Source: an uncultured delta proteobacterium (GTDB taxonomy: Bacteria; Desulfobacterota; Binatia; UBA9968). Taken from it: a stretch of DNA of 64,000 nt. Under the pieces are notes generated by a model. That model was not told the DNA's origin, ran no database searches, and was given only the letters and a program-made list of their open reading frames with translations. Location of the stretch: assembly GCA_963745835.1 (NCBI GenBank), contig CAVUZH010000014.1:160001-224000 (forward strand), given 5' to 3'. Positions 1-10,675 of the stretch are shown here, piece by piece; within the stretch, counting starts at the first letter, position 1; every line of letters starts with the position of its first letter. Position numbers and translations under genes: made by a program.

Positions 1-179
1 CGAATCCACGTTTCTTGGCTGACCTCCAACCCCTCGGTCAAGCCTCTCACAAAACACGTCTTGCCCGTTCCCAGTTCTCCGACAAGACCAATAATTTCGC
101 CGCCTTGCAACAGCTTTCCTAAGCTATTGCCCAAGCGTCGGGTATGCTCGGCGGAGCGCGAAATAACCGCCCAATGCAT
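1..179 (-). CDS. tsaE: tRNA threonylcarbamoyladenosine biosynthesis ATPase TsaE (runs off the window edge)
   Basis: Manual translation MHWAVISRSAEHTRRLGNSLGKLLQGGEIIGLVGELGTGKTCFVRGL with Walker A GELGTGKT; lies directly downstream of nnr. Confidence 0.9.
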   Translation of the reverse strand, partial: MHWAVISRSAEHTRRLGNSLGKLLQGGEIIGLVGELGTGKTCFVRGLTEGLEVSQETWI

Positions 180-232
180 CAGCAACGCCGCTCCATAAAC
201 ACAACTAGTATATTTTGCAGGAAATTTCGAGT

Positions 233-1786
233 CTAAACGGCAGCCGATAGGGTGCGAAGACCAGCGGGTAATCCGTCGATGATATCGGAAGCAATCATGC
301 CGAGCATCCCTCGCTTCGCAGCAATTCGGTCCGCGATAAAACCATGCAGATAAACCGCCAACTTCATCGCCTCTTCAGAAGAGAGCCCTTGGGCGAGGAG
401 CGCTGCCAAGATGCCTGCGAGAACGTCCCCCATGCCACCGCTGGCCATGCCCGGATTGCCCGTCGGATTGATGGAAATTTTGCCGGCAGGCGTGGCGAGA
501 ACTGTGCGCGCGCCCTTAAGCACTACATAGCAGCGATGTTCGGTCGCAAATGCACGCGCCACGCCGATGCGGTCCTTGTTAACGTCCCGTGCGTCTTTGC
601 CGATGAGCCGCGCCATCTCACCTGGATGAGGCGTCAAAATCGGCGCAGTCCTGGCCTTGCGCAGCCGATCGATATCGAGGGCGAGGTTATTCAGTCCGTC
701 GGCGTCGATCACCCAGGGTATACTCAAGTGACGTAACAGCCAACGCAAGTTGTTTCGCGTAGAATCGGTGACGCCGATGCCGGGACCAAATAACGCCACC
801 GTCTTGCGTTCCAACAGCCGGCGCCACTCATCCTCAGTCAAAGATTCGGTTTCTTCCTCGGCAGTGTCTCGCAACGGTTCGGTCATCACCTCGATCATGG
901 CGCCGGCAAAAACATTGTTAAGCGATCGCGGCGCTGCCAAACTAGTCAATCCCGCGCCGGCGCGCATGCATGCGCGGCTGGCGAGAATGGCCGCGCCTGT
1001 TTTCCCCCGGGAACCGGCGATCACCACGACGTGTCCATACGTTCCCTTGTGCGAATCCGGTTTCCGGACCGGAACTAACGGACGTATTTCTTCAGGGGTC
1101 AGAAGTTCTGCAGCGGGCGCCACCTCGGCTACTGCGGCCGGCTCGATGCCGATGTCGGCAACTACAAGCTCGCCGACATATCGCACGGCTGGATAGATCA
1201 CTTGCCCTAGCTTGGGATAACCCAGCGCAACGGTCATGGCAGCTTGAACGCCCCCCCCCAGCGGTGTTCCTTTGTCAGCATCCAGCCCGGAAGGTATATC
1301 AACGGCGACAATCGGCAATCCGGATTCGTTCATTGCGCGGATAACGTCGCCGTAAATTCCGCGGATCTCATTTTTTGTGCCGGTACCCAGAATCGCATCC
1401 ACCAGCAATCCTTTGCAGGCGATTGATTCGCTGAGCAATCCCAGATGATCGGCATCGATGCCGACCACCTTGCCTCCGGCTGTCAAATACCCCTCTAGGT
1501 TGTGCGCTGCGTCGCTGGAAATCTCGTTGGGTTTGGCCAACAGGGCGATTGCACAGGATACCCCTTGCTCTCTGAGCAAGCGGCCCACCACAAAACCATC
1601 GCCGCCATTGTTACCTTTGCCGGCAACGACCAAGACACCTTTGCTCGCCGGTTCGACGAAACGCTCAAGAATGGCCTTCACAACCCCCGCGCCGGCGCGC
1701 TCCATCAGCGTAAGACTCGGAATGCCATACTTCTGGATCGTCAATCGATCCATCTCGCGCATCTGCTCGGAGGTAACGACAATCAT
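233..1786 (-). CDS. nnr: Bifunctional NAD(P)H-hydrate epimerase/dehydratase (NnrE-NnrD)
   Basis: GKGNNGGDG, DIPSG, HKGTYG, DADGLN, TPHPGEM and GGMGDVLAG motifs; start moved to ATG 1786. Confidence 0.95.
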   Translation of the reverse strand: MIVVTSEQMREMDRLTIQKYGIPSLTLMERAGAGVVKAILERFVEPASKGVLVVAGKGNNGGDGFVVGRLLREQGVSCAIALLAKPNEISSDAAHNLEGYLTAGGKVVGIDADHLGLLSESIACKGLLVDAILGTGTKNEIRGIYGDVIRAMNESGLPIVAVDIPSGLDADKGTPLGGGVQAAMTVALGYPKLGQVIYPAVRYVGELVVADIGIEPAAVAEVAPAAELLTPEEIRPLVPVRKPDSHKGTYGHVVVIAGSRGKTGAAILASRACMRAGAGLTSLAAPRSLNNVFAGAMIEVMTEPLRDTAEEETESLTEDEWRRLLERKTVALFGPGIGVTDSTRNNLRWLLRHLSIPWVIDADGLNNLALDIDRLRKARTAPILTPHPGEMARLIGKDARDVNKDRIGVARAFATEHRCYVVLKGARTVLATPAGKISINPTGNPGMASGGMGDVLAGILAALLAQGLSSEEAMKLAVYLHGFIADRIAAKRGMLGMIASDIIDGLPAGLRTLSAAV

Positions 1787-1792
1787 AATTAG

Positions 1793-1872
1793 ACCGTCCA
1801 AGCCGTTCAAAATGTTCAAAGCGTTAAAGCCGCCGGATCTAACGGCTTGAACGGCCTGAACGGTTTGAACCT
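1793..1872. repeat. Degenerate 9-bp tandem repeats (CCGTTCAAA-like) forming an inverted pair
   Basis: ccgtccaag/ccgttcaaa/atgttcaaa/gcgttaaag, then aacggcttg/aacggcctg/aacggtttg in the pdxJ-nnr spacer. Confidence 0.6.
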
Positions 1873-1874
1873 GT

Positions 1875-2597
1875 TTATTCTTTAGCCTTGCTCAGCAGAT
1901 CCTTCATCTCGCGAACCGCTTGCTTGATGCCGACGATAATCGCTCGAGCAATGATACTGTGGCCGATATTGAGCTCGGCCATCTCGGGGATCTGCGCGAT
2001 GGCCAGAACATTGTCGTAATTGAGGCCGTGGCCGCCGTGAACCTCGAGTCCGAGACTCTGCGCAAGCTTAGAAGCTTCGATAATTGTCTGCAGTTGCTTC
2101 TCGCGCTCGAGGCTTAGAGCGTTGCAATAGGCGCCGGTGTGAATTTCAACCGCATGCGCGCCAGCGTCGCGGCTGGCTTCGATCTGCGCCGTCTCCGGGT
2201 CGACAAACAAACTTACGCGCACAGCGAGGCTCTGCAATCGTTGCGTCCCCTCGCGAATCTTTTGTCGATGAGAAACGACATCCAAGCCGCCTTCAGTGGT
2301 GAGCTCTTCCCGCTTCTCCGGTACGAAGCAAGCGTCATCGGGACGGACCTTTTCGGCAAAGGCGAGCATCGCCGGGGTTACGGCCATCTCCAGATTGAGC
2401 TTGGTGTGCAGGCGCTGGCGCAGGATCCGCACATCTCGCTCTTGAATATGGCGCCGGTCTTCGCGCAGGTGCACCGTGATGCCGTCGGCGCCGGCGGTTT
2501 CGGCCAGCAAAGCGGCTTCGACTGGATCCGGCACGTCTACCCGCCGCGCCTGGCGCACGGTCGCAACGTGGTCGACATTGACTCCCAAGCGAATCAA
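1875..2597 (-). CDS. pdxJ: Pyridoxine 5'-phosphate synthase
   Basis: [34 protein letters not shown] and ELNIGHSII motifs; TTG start overlaps the glmM stop. Confidence 0.96.
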   Translation of the reverse strand: MIRLGVNVDHVATVRQARRVDVPDPVEAALLAETAGADGITVHLREDRRHIQERDVRILRQRLHTKLNLEMAVTPAMLAFAEKVRPDDACFVPEKREELTTEGGLDVVSHRQKIREGTQRLQSLAVRVSLFVDPETAQIEASRDAGAHAVEIHTGAYCNALSLEREKQLQTIIEASKLAQSLGLEVHGGHGLNYDNVLAIAQIPEMAELNIGHSIIARAIIVGIKQAVREMKDLLSKAKE

Positions 2598-4045
2598 TCC
2601 TTCACTCCTATTTCCGTACGGATTTCGTCGGCGATCTCCTGCGCCATGGCGCAAATCTTATCTTCGTCTTCGCCTTCCAACATGATCCGGGCCAGCATCT
2701 CCGTGCCGGAATAGCGCACCAGCGTGCGGCCGCGGCCGTTCAGTGATTGCTCCACAGAGGCAATCGCCCGACTCACCTTTGGCATCGCCTGAAATTCTTT
2801 TCTTTCCGTCACCCGAACGTTTAACAAAATTTGCGGCATGCGCGTAAAAATACGCTTCAACTCGCCCAGGCGTTTACCCTTTTCGACCATGAGCGCGAGC
2901 ACCTGCAAGCAGGTAATGGCGCCATCCCCGGTGGTATTGTGGTCCAAAAACAGAATGTGTCCGGACTGTTCGCCGCCGAGATTGTAGCCACGTTCGAGCA
3001 TGCGCTCGACCACGTAACGATCGCCCACCTCGGTTCGCTCGAGATTCACCCCGATCGCTTTAAGGGCAAGATCGAGGCCGAGATTGCTCATCACCGTGGC
3101 CACGACCGTGCGTCCTTTGAGGGTGCCCTTTTCCTGCATGTCTTTGGCGCAAATGGCCAAGACTTGATCGCCATCGAGAACCTCACCCGCCTCGTCGATA
3201 AAGATAGCGCGGTCGGCATCGCCATCCAGAGAAACGGCAAAATCGGCTTTCTCGTGGAGCAACACGTCGCGCGCTGTTTCGGGGTAGAGAGCGCCGCAGT
3301 GGTGATTGATATTTTCTCCGTCGGGATGCACCCCTATGGGAATCACCTGAGCGCCCAGTTCCGATAACATTTCGGGAACCACTCGGTAGGCCGCGCCGTG
3401 ACCGCAATCCACCACAATGCGCAGGCCCTCCAGGGTCAAATGACGCGGAAAACTATTCTTGACGAAGACATTGTAACGCCCTACTGCGTCGGAAATGCGA
3501 AACGCCTTGCCGATTTGCGACGCGGTGGGCCGCTCGCGATCGGCTTCTCCACTGAAAATCATCTCTTCCATGCGCGCTTCGACTTCGTCGGGCAGCTTGA
3601 AACCGTCGAAGGAAAAAAACTTTATTCCGTTATCTTGATAGGGGTTATGAGAGGCCGAGATCACTACTCCCGCGTCGGCGCGCATAGTGCGGGTGAGAAA
3701 CGCCACCGCGGGTGTCGGTAACGGACCGACCAGTTGAACGTCCGCCCCCATTGAGCAAATCCCGGAAGCCAGCGCGGTTTCCAGCATGTAACCGGACAGG
3801 CGAGTATCTTTGCCGATAAGAATCTTATAGCGATGCGCGGTATCGCCGCCGAGAGTTTTAACCAACGATGGCGATTTCGACCGGCCCGATCCTTGAGTAG
3901 GCTGAGCGATGGGATCATGCAATACCTTGGCAATGGCTCGCCCTAGCTTTAGAGCCATTTCTGATGTCATGGGTTCCTGATTGGCAATACCGCGGACACC
4001 ATCAGTGCCGAACAGACGTCGCTTTTGTTTTTGGACTTGAGCCAT
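2594..4045 (-). CDS. glmM: Phosphoglucosamine mutase
   Basis: [35 protein letters not shown] and RYSGTE motifs. Confidence 0.97.
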   Translation of the reverse strand: MAQVQKQKRRLFGTDGVRGIANQEPMTSEMALKLGRAIAKVLHDPIAQPTQGSGRSKSPSLVKTLGGDTAHRYKILIGKDTRLSGYMLETALASGICSMGADVQLVGPLPTPAVAFLTRTMRADAGVVISASHNPYQDNGIKFFSFDGFKLPDEVEARMEEMIFSGEADRERPTASQIGKAFRISDAVGRYNVFVKNSFPRHLTLEGLRIVVDCGHGAAYRVVPEMLSELGAQVIPIGVHPDGENINHHCGALYPETARDVLLHEKADFAVSLDGDADRAIFIDEAGEVLDGDQVLAICAKDMQEKGTLKGRTVVATVMSNLGLDLALKAIGVNLERTEVGDRYVVERMLERGYNLGGEQSGHILFLDHNTTGDGAITCLQVLALMVEKGKRLGELKRIFTRMPQILLNVRVTERKEFQAMPKVSRAIASVEQSLNGRGRTLVRYSGTEMLARIMLEGEDEDKICAMAQEIADEIRTEIGVKD

Positions 4046-4064
4046 GATGTCGCTCCTAACCGAC

Positions 4065-4994
4065 CTATGAATGAGATTTACTGATTTTAACTTTAAAGTG
4101 CGCCGGCTTTCGCTCCGCCACTTTAATTTCAGCCGGGAGATTGAACTTCAGGTCCACAGAATGCTCGCCCGGCGGCAAGCCATCGAGATCCACATACACC
4201 TGATCTGCGCCAAGCTCCAGTTTATCGAGAATTCTGCGCGGCCCGAATAGCCGCACCTGAGCAGACTTCGGTGTTATCACGAAGTCGCCGCTAGCTCCGC
4301 GCGCGCCAATCTCGACGTTTTTGAAATCTTTGATCGAATCCTCTTCCAGAATCGTGATCGTGACCGATACTTGCTCAGGCATAAATGACAATGGCTTTCC
4401 ATCGGTTGAAAGCCGAACGCTGCGCTTGATTGAACTGCGGCTTCCTTCGACGTCGATCGGCAATGTCTCGACTAAACTCATGCGGCGGATTTCGTCAGCC
4501 GGGCCCCGCACTGAAATCGACTCGGGCTGCACCGCCGTTTCCTCGATTTTGTAGCCGGCCAAAGGCTTGCCAGAAAGCCGGATGCTCACGGGCAGTTCCC
4601 GTTTAATCACCGGGTCAAGTCGCAAGTGAAGGATCGGCGGCGTGATGCGCGCAACGGTCACTCCGCGCGGAATGTTAAACGAACTCGGTCCCAAGGGAAA
4701 GCTCAACGAACCCGATTTGCTTCCGTAAAGGTCCACTGGCAACTTCAAATCGTCGGCATCGAGAGTGGAGACTAAGGTTCGGGGACCACTGAGTCGTAAA
4801 ACAACGTAATCGACACGGTTATCGAGCACCATTAGATCGGATGGGATGTTGCGAAACTCAACGGGAACCTCAATGGCTCGTTCGATATCCCGATGGCCGG
4901 CAATCCATAGCCCTAGGGCTATGATCAAGGAGAGCACTGCCAGGCCGACATTGCTCGATGCCGTTGAACCGATTTGCCGCCAGATCTCCTTCAT
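4065..4994 (-). CDS. cdaR: YbbR/CdaR-family diadenylate cyclase regulator
   Basis: N-terminal TM helix and repeated beta-rich YbbR-like units; lies between cdaA and glmM. Confidence 0.85.
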   Translation of the reverse strand: MKEIWRQIGSTASSNVGLAVLSLIIALGLWIAGHRDIERAIEVPVEFRNIPSDLMVLDNRVDYVVLRLSGPRTLVSTLDADDLKLPVDLYGSKSGSLSFPLGPSSFNIPRGVTVARITPPILHLRLDPVIKRELPVSIRLSGKPLAGYKIEETAVQPESISVRGPADEIRRMSLVETLPIDVEGSRSSIKRSVRLSTDGKPLSFMPEQVSVTITILEEDSIKDFKNVEIGARGASGDFVITPKSAQVRLFGPRRILDKLELGADQVYVDLDGLPPGEHSVDLKFNLPAEIKVAERKPAHFKVKISKSHS

Positions 4995-5746
4995 AGCTTC
5001 ACGAGACCCTCGAGTGCGTTGCGCAGCCGCGATGCATCGAGTCTCTCGGTGAGATTGCCACCCACCACCAGTGCGATCGTACCCTCTTGTTCGGAAACCA
5101 CAATTGCTACGGCATCGGTTTCTTCCGTCACTCCGATGGCGGCGCGATGGCGAGTGCCTAGGGTCGTGCGAAGATTAGGGGTTGCGCTCAATGGCAGGAG
5201 ACAGCGAACTGCGGTTACGCGTCGTTTCTGAATCACCAGCGCGCCATCATGAATCGGCGACCCTGGTAAAAAGACGCTTTCAATGAGCTCGCGGCTGACC
5301 CGGGCGTCCAATCGGGTGCCGATCTCGATGTATTCGTTCAAACCGACTTCGCGCTCCAGCACGATCAGGGCTCCGACTCGCCTGGAAGCGAGATTGCGAA
5401 TGGCCTCGGTAACTTCTTCAATGATGTCCTCGCGCCGCTGCACCATCCTCTCGGCGCCGAAAAGTGGCGCCGTTCCCACCTGCGTCAAGGCGCGACGAAT
5501 ATCGCTCTGAAAAATCACGATTATAACGAGAATGATCGACGCTAAGAAATTATCTAAGATCCAGTTGAGCGTGAACAGACCAAGAACGCGGGATAAGACG
5601 TAGGACATCAAAATGACGGCTAGGCCGATCATCATCTGCATCGCGCGACTGCCGCGAAGCATCTGCAACAAACGGTAAATCAGATACCAAATAATGCTGA
5701 TATCTAAACCATCCTGCCAACGCAGCTGACCCAAAACTTCCGTCAT
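4991..5746 (-). CDS. cdaA: Membrane diadenylate cyclase CdaA (c-di-AMP synthase)
   Basis: Three N-terminal TM helices, then IHDGA and GTRHRAA DAC motifs. Confidence 0.95.
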   Translation of the reverse strand: MTEVLGQLRWQDGLDISIIWYLIYRLLQMLRGSRAMQMMIGLAVILMSYVLSRVLGLFTLNWILDNFLASIILVIIVIFQSDIRRALTQVGTAPLFGAERMVQRREDIIEEVTEAIRNLASRRVGALIVLEREVGLNEYIEIGTRLDARVSRELIESVFLPGSPIHDGALVIQKRRVTAVRCLLPLSATPNLRTTLGTRHRAAIGVTEETDAVAIVVSEQEGTIALVVGGNLTERLDASRLRNALEGLVKL

Positions 5747-5925
5747 CGCCCACCTATATTAAGTAATTACCAAACAGTTTCGTCGTCGCCTTTCCCGATC
5801 AAGTAGTTGCCCCAAAAACTCCGTCAACGCTCACCTGAATCAAGCAAGTACCAACCAGTTTCGTCGTGGCCTTCTCTATCAAGTAGTTGACGCAAAATTC
5901 CGTCATCGCCCACCTGAATCAAGCA
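5741..5925. repeat. ~40-bp tandem repeat, about 4.5 copies, alternating A/B types
   Basis: Units start with CGTC at 5741, 5781, 5822, 5862 and 5901; copies 1/3/5 resemble each other, as do 2/4. Confidence 0.85.
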
Positions 5926-6812
5926 AACGGCCCAAGCCGAATCGCGTCGGCCACGCGAACAGCGCGAACGGTTTCGCTCACATCGTGGACGCGCAAAATG
6001 TTGGCCCCGCTCAAGGCCGCCGCTACTGCCGCGGCCAGACTGCCTTCAAGCCGCTCCTCTGGACCCGCCGCATTTAAAATCTTCCCGATAAATGCTTTTC
6101 GTGAGACGCCGATCAACAGCGGCTGCTCAACCGATTTCAACGACTGTAAATTCTTGAGCAGCGCGAGATTGTGCGCCAAGGTTTTACCGAAGCCGATGCC
6201 CGGATCGATAATAATCTGTTCCTGACCAATTCCCGCCTGGTTAGCGCTGCGAACGCGCTCCGTCAGAAATTCTCGCACTTCCCGAATGACATCACCGTAG
6301 TGCGGCTCCCGTTGCATGGTTCGGGGCTCTCCCTGCATGTGCATGAGAATGATCGGCACGCCTTCACGGGCAACCAGCGCCGCCATCCCCGGATCGAATC
6401 GCAGCGCGCTGATATCATTGACGATGTCGGCGCCCATGTCCAAAGCGGCGCGGGCGACAGCTTCTTTGTAGGTATCAATGGAAATCGGCACTCTGGATAC
6501 ATTACGCAGCTCTCGAATCACCGGAAGCACGCGCCTTAATTCTTCGTCGAGGGATACTGGGTGAGCCCCTGGCCTGGTTGACTCGCCGCCAATATCGAGG
6601 ATTTCGGCACCCGATTCGATCATCTCGAATCCATCAGCGGCTGCTCTTGCACTATCGAATCGTTTGCCGCCGTCATAGAAGGAGTCCGGGGTTACATTGA
6701 TGATACCCATAACAACCGTATGGCACGTGATATCTATGCGGCCATGCCGAGTATCTAGAACTCGCCTCGGCGAATCATGGGCACTATCAATAGGATCTAT
6801 GGTGGAATTCAC
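5919..6812 (-). CDS. folP: Dihydropteroate synthase
   Basis: MGIINVTPDSFYDGG, DIGGESTRPG, IDPGIGFGK, GVSRK and RVHDV motifs. Confidence 0.97.
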   Translation of the reverse strand: MNSTIDPIDSAHDSPRRVLDTRHGRIDITCHTVVMGIINVTPDSFYDGGKRFDSARAAADGFEMIESGAEILDIGGESTRPGAHPVSLDEELRRVLPVIRELRNVSRVPISIDTYKEAVARAALDMGADIVNDISALRFDPGMAALVAREGVPIILMHMQGEPRTMQREPHYGDVIREVREFLTERVRSANQAGIGQEQIIIDPGIGFGKTLAHNLALLKNLQSLKSVEQPLLIGVSRKAFIGKILNAAGPEERLEGSLAAAVAAALSGANILRVHDVSETVRAVRVADAIRLGPFA

Positions 6813-7094
6813 ATTAAGACAGTCTACGAAGTGGCGCTCTGCCGAGCGTGCATTGCGCAGGCCGAAATGACAGAGCGAATAAGTTTGCCGCTCAACGAGA
6901 ACCGGCCTTTGGTTTGTCTCGGGTCTACAATTCTCTGCCGCTGTAGTCTATGCGGTGAGCCCAGCACCAGGCATCTATGACAATGAGAGTATTCGTTTCG
7001 CTCCCTCACTGCGTATGGGTCAGCCGGCAGAGGACTCAACTATTGCGAATCTGGATTGACATGACATTGTCGCAACTAAACGTGACCACAAGTC

Positions 7095-7138
7095 CAAAGA
7101 AGCAGGATCGTTTCGCGCCGTCACGAAACGATCCTGCG
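7095..7138 (-). terminator. Intrinsic terminator after ftsH
   Basis: Perfect 14-bp stem GCAGGATCGTTTCG/CGAAACGATCCTGC followed by TTCTTT on the minus strand. Confidence 0.75.
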
Positions 7139-7178
7139 ATATCAAAGATAAGACTGAGAGTAGAGTATTTAACCCGAA

Positions 7179-9017
7179 TCAAGCAACGGCTGCTGCCCGT
7201 GTCGGGTTCAGCGGGTCGCCGCCGTTGCCACTAAAGTCTCTAACGATGGCGTCGATTTCCGAGCCGTCCAAAACTTCTCGTTCAAGAAGCGATTCGGCGA
7301 CTTTGTGAAGCAGCGCCAGATTCGTTTTAAGAAGATCTTTCGCCTTGTGATAACTCTCCTGGATGATGCGTCGAACCTCACCATCGATCTCAATGGCTGT
7401 GCTTTCAGAGTAGTCAGCCGTCTGAGTGAAATCCCGCCCCAAAAAGATTTCCTCTTCCTTCTTGCCGAAAGTCATCGGACCGAGTTTTTCGCTCATACCC
7501 CATTCACAGACCATCCGGTGCGCGAGTTCAGTGGCCTTTTCGATGTCGTTTCCAGCGCCGGTTGTCATATGATTGAGGACCAGTTCCTCAGCGACCCGAC
7601 CGCCAAAGAGAATGACGAGATTATTGAGCAAATACTCTTTCGGGTACGTGTGCTTCTCATCCATCGGCAATTGCTGAGTCAAACCCAAGGCCATGCCGCG
7701 GGGAATGATGGTGACTTTGTGAATCGGATCGGCGCCGGGAAGCAGCTTCGCCACCAACGCATGCCCTGCTTCGTGAAATGCGGTAATGCGCTTTTCTTCG
7801 TCGCTGATAATCATGCTGCGCCGCTCGGCGCCCATCATCACTTTGTCTTTGGCCAGCTCAAAATCGCGCATATCGACTTTGTCTTTGTTATTGCGCGCCG
7901 CGAGCAGAGCGGCTTCATTGACCAAGTTTTCGAGGTCCGCACCGGCAAAGCCCGGCGTCGCCCGCGCCAGCACGGCGATGTCGACATCCGAGGCGACTGG
8001 AACTTTGCGGGTATGCACCTGCAAGATTCCCTCGCGGCCTTTTACATCCGGCCGTGGCACCACTACCCGCCGGTCGAACCGGCCTGGTCGCAACAGCGCC
8101 GGGTCCAAAACATCGGGCCGGTTGGTCGCGGCAATCAGGATGACACCTTCATTGGCTTCGAAGCCGTCCATCTCGACCAACAACTGATTGAGGGTTTGCT
8201 CCCGTTCATCATGGCCGCCGCCAAGACCAGCGCCTCGATGCCGTCCCACTGCATCAATTTCATCGATGAAGATAATACAAGGCGCGTTTTTCTTACCTTG
8301 CACAAAGAGATCACGTACTCGTGACGCGCCCACACCGACGAACATTTCAACGAAATCCGAGCCACTGATGCTAAAAAATGGCACGCCCGCCTCGCCTGCG
8401 ATTGCGCGGGCGAGCAGGGTCTTCCCCGTTCCGGGAGGACCCACAAGCAAGCAACCTTTAGGAATGCGGCCGCCCAGCCTGGTAAACTTTTTGGGATCTT
8501 TTAGAAACGCGATGATTTCCTGGAGATCGTCCTTAGCTTCTTCCGCGCCGGCTACATCAGAAAACGTAACCCGGTGCTGATTCTCCGTAAGCAGTTTCGC
8601 CCGGCTTTTGCCAAACGACATCGCCTTGCCGCCGCCGACCTGCATCTGGCGCATAAAGAAGACCCAGACACCAATCAGCAGTAGCATTGGGAACCAGTTG
8701 ATCAGCAGCACGTAGTACCAAGGCGAATCATCCTCGGGCTTGGCGGCAATCTTAACTTTCTTCTCACGCAGACTCTTGACCAACTCAGGGTCATCAGGGG
8801 CGAAAGTGCGGAAACGCTCGCCATTTTTGTATTTGCCTTGAATATTGTGACCCTGAATAACGACTTCTTGGACTTCTCCACGTTCCACAGCCAGCAGGAA
8901 TTCACTAAAAACAACTTCAGGATCGCGGCCGGCCTGCTTACTAAAAACGCTGAAGATGCCGAGAAGAACCAGCAGCAGGACCAACCAGAGAGCGATATGT
9001 TTTGATGATTGACTCAA
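7179..9017 (-). CDS. ftsH: ATP-dependent zinc metalloprotease FtsH
   Basis: Two TM helices, [17 protein letters not shown] motif and HEAGH zinc motif. Confidence 0.98.
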   Translation of the reverse strand: MSQSSKHIALWLVLLLVLLGIFSVFSKQAGRDPEVVFSEFLLAVERGEVQEVVIQGHNIQGKYKNGERFRTFAPDDPELVKSLREKKVKIAAKPEDDSPWYYVLLINWFPMLLLIGVWVFFMRQMQVGGGKAMSFGKSRAKLLTENQHRVTFSDVAGAEEAKDDLQEIIAFLKDPKKFTRLGGRIPKGCLLVGPPGTGKTLLARAIAGEAGVPFFSISGSDFVEMFVGVGASRVRDLFVQGKKNAPCIIFIDEIDAVGRHRGAGLGGGHDEREQTLNQLLVEMDGFEANEGVILIAATNRPDVLDPALLRPGRFDRRVVVPRPDVKGREGILQVHTRKVPVASDVDIAVLARATPGFAGADLENLVNEAALLAARNNKDKVDMRDFELAKDKVMMGAERRSMIISDEEKRITAFHEAGHALVAKLLPGADPIHKVTIIPRGMALGLTQQLPMDEKHTYPKEYLLNNLVILFGGRVAEELVLNHMTTGAGNDIEKATELAHRMVCEWGMSEKLGPMTFGKKEEEIFLGRDFTQTADYSESTAIEIDGEVRRIIQESYHKAKDLLKTNLALLHKVAESLLEREVLDGSEIDAIVRDFSGNGGDPLNPTRAAAVA

Positions 9018-9088
9018 CCCGAATCCTCCGATTTCAAGAACCAGAAAAGACTAACACACGCAACCAGTTAGATCAATATAGAGTTTTC

Positions 9089-10504
9089 CTACCTAGGTTG
9101 AGGAATTACCTTCAAATGCAGAGAAATCTTGGTCGCCCATCCGATCCGGGCCGAATCACTCCGGCCGTATCCGGGTATCCACAGGATTTCGTTATCCATG
9201 ACGAGCAAAGGTAATGCCGCTCGTGTACGCAACGGCAATTGATTGGCAATGAATAAATCTTTGACCTTTTTATGTCCGCCCATTCCCAAGGGCTGAAATC
9301 GGTCACCCTTTCGGAAATTTCGCACTAGCAGGTTGCCCTTTAAGAGATCGGCATCGAACACAGCTTCCATGAAGTTATCCGGCAATTTTCCCGGCGCCGG
9401 ATCAATTAATTCGCTGACAATCGTGATGCCGGCCTCTATCACCGTTAAAGTCGATCCAGGTTTAAACTGATAGCTATAGCATCTTGGTTTAACATTTGGA
9501 CGATCAAAGGTAATCGTTTCGTATTCGCGTGCCAATTGCCAACCGCCGGGAAGAGCCAGGCGGCCCTGAGGCGCCCCAGCAGCGATCAACGACAGCGCTG
9601 ATTCTACATGATCGAAGTCTATGGCCCGCAAGTGACCGCGTCTCTGTTCGAACCAAAGCCGTATCACTCGCCTCTGAAGAGCCTTGTTGAGGTTGAGAAA
9701 GAGCTTACGACTTAATTTGTTTCCATCGCTCACGTTCTCCAGCTGCTGCCGGGTCAGCTCCGCAAGGTAGTCCTCCTCGTCGCCCAGCACGTGCGCTTGA
9801 GCGCAGAGCCGTGCCGGCAGTTTACCGCCGAACCTCTCGCCCACTTGCGGCATGAGTTTTAGACGGATCCAGTTGCGCAAAAAGAACAAATCCCTATTAC
9901 TGCTATCCGTACGATAAGGGAGTTTCCGCTGCTCAAGAAAATCCATCACCTCTCTTCGCAAGGCATTAAGCAAGGGCCGAATCAGCAGCACATTTGCGCA
10001 ACGGCGATCACCCGCAACCGTCAGTTGACGCATTGGCGCGATGCCGCGGAGGCCGGTTCGACCTGCGCCACGGAATAGCCGCATGACAATCGTCTCGGCT
10101 TGATCGTCTGCGGTATGGGCCGTTGCCACCGCATCGAGGCGACGTAGTTGAGCTGTTTCAGCAAAAAATTTGTACCTTTCGAATCGGCCGATCTCTTCGA
10201 GGCTAGTTTTACGCGAAGCTATTTTGAGTTGCGGTAGATCGATTTCTTTTAGATGACAGATCAAACTTAATCGCTCCGCCAATCGAGCAACAAATCGCGC
10301 GTCCTCGATCGCTTCTTCGCCACGAATTCCATGCTGTAGATGGGCAACTTCGATCGTAAGCTCAAATTCTTCGCGCAGATCATAGAGAAGATAAAGCAGA
10401 GCTACAGAATCCGGCCCACCCGAGACGGCAACTAAAATCCGCTGGCCAGGAGACAGCATCCGCTGCTTCTCGATCGTTTGTTTAAATTTTCTTGGCAAAT
10501 CCAT
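9089..10504 (-). CDS. tilS: tRNA(Ile)-lysidine synthase
   Basis: AVSGGPDS PP-loop, TAHTADDQAET, DSSN and RNWIR motifs, C-terminal KKVKDLF; upstream of ftsH. Confidence 0.96.
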   Translation of the reverse strand: MDLPRKFKQTIEKQRMLSPGQRILVAVSGGPDSVALLYLLYDLREEFELTIEVAHLQHGIRGEEAIEDARFVARLAERLSLICHLKEIDLPQLKIASRKTSLEEIGRFERYKFFAETAQLRRLDAVATAHTADDQAETIVMRLFRGAGRTGLRGIAPMRQLTVAGDRRCANVLLIRPLLNALRREVMDFLEQRKLPYRTDSSNRDLFFLRNWIRLKLMPQVGERFGGKLPARLCAQAHVLGDEEDYLAELTRQQLENVSDGNKLSRKLFLNLNKALQRRVIRLWFEQRRGHLRAIDFDHVESALSLIAAGAPQGRLALPGGWQLAREYETITFDRPNVKPRCYSYQFKPGSTLTVIEAGITIVSELIDPAPGKLPDNFMEAVFDADLLKGNLLVRNFRKGDRFQPLGMGGHKKVKDLFIANQLPLRTRAALPLLVMDNEILWIPGYGRSDSARIGWATKISLHLKVIPQPR

Positions 10505-10675
10505 ACTATGAGGGGAGTCTGCGCAGTTTCCGCATCGGAATCAAGAAGAAAGCTCGGTTGAATCACCGATCGCTACCGAGCGGCTATGGATCGATCGTGT
10601 GAATCTAATGAGGTTGGAAGAACGGTTTGATATTCTGAAATTCAATCTCTAGATCAAGGATGAGTCAGGCCGGCG

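Noticed and set aside
5741-5925. CRISPR array
   Set aside because: Units are contiguous and degenerate with no unique spacers, and there are no cas genes in the window.
6830-7080. Hammerhead ribozyme, folate riboswitch or 6S RNA upstream of folP
   Set aside because: CTGCCGA...GAAA does not fit the CUGANGA core, no riboswitch consensus was recognised, and there is no convincing 6S closing stem.
7305-8324. 339-aa ORF antisense to ftsH (and similar shadow ORFs over glmM, nnr, pdxJ and serS)
   Set aside because: It fully overlaps a conserved gene on the opposite strand and has no motifs, as expected for a codon-bias shadow.
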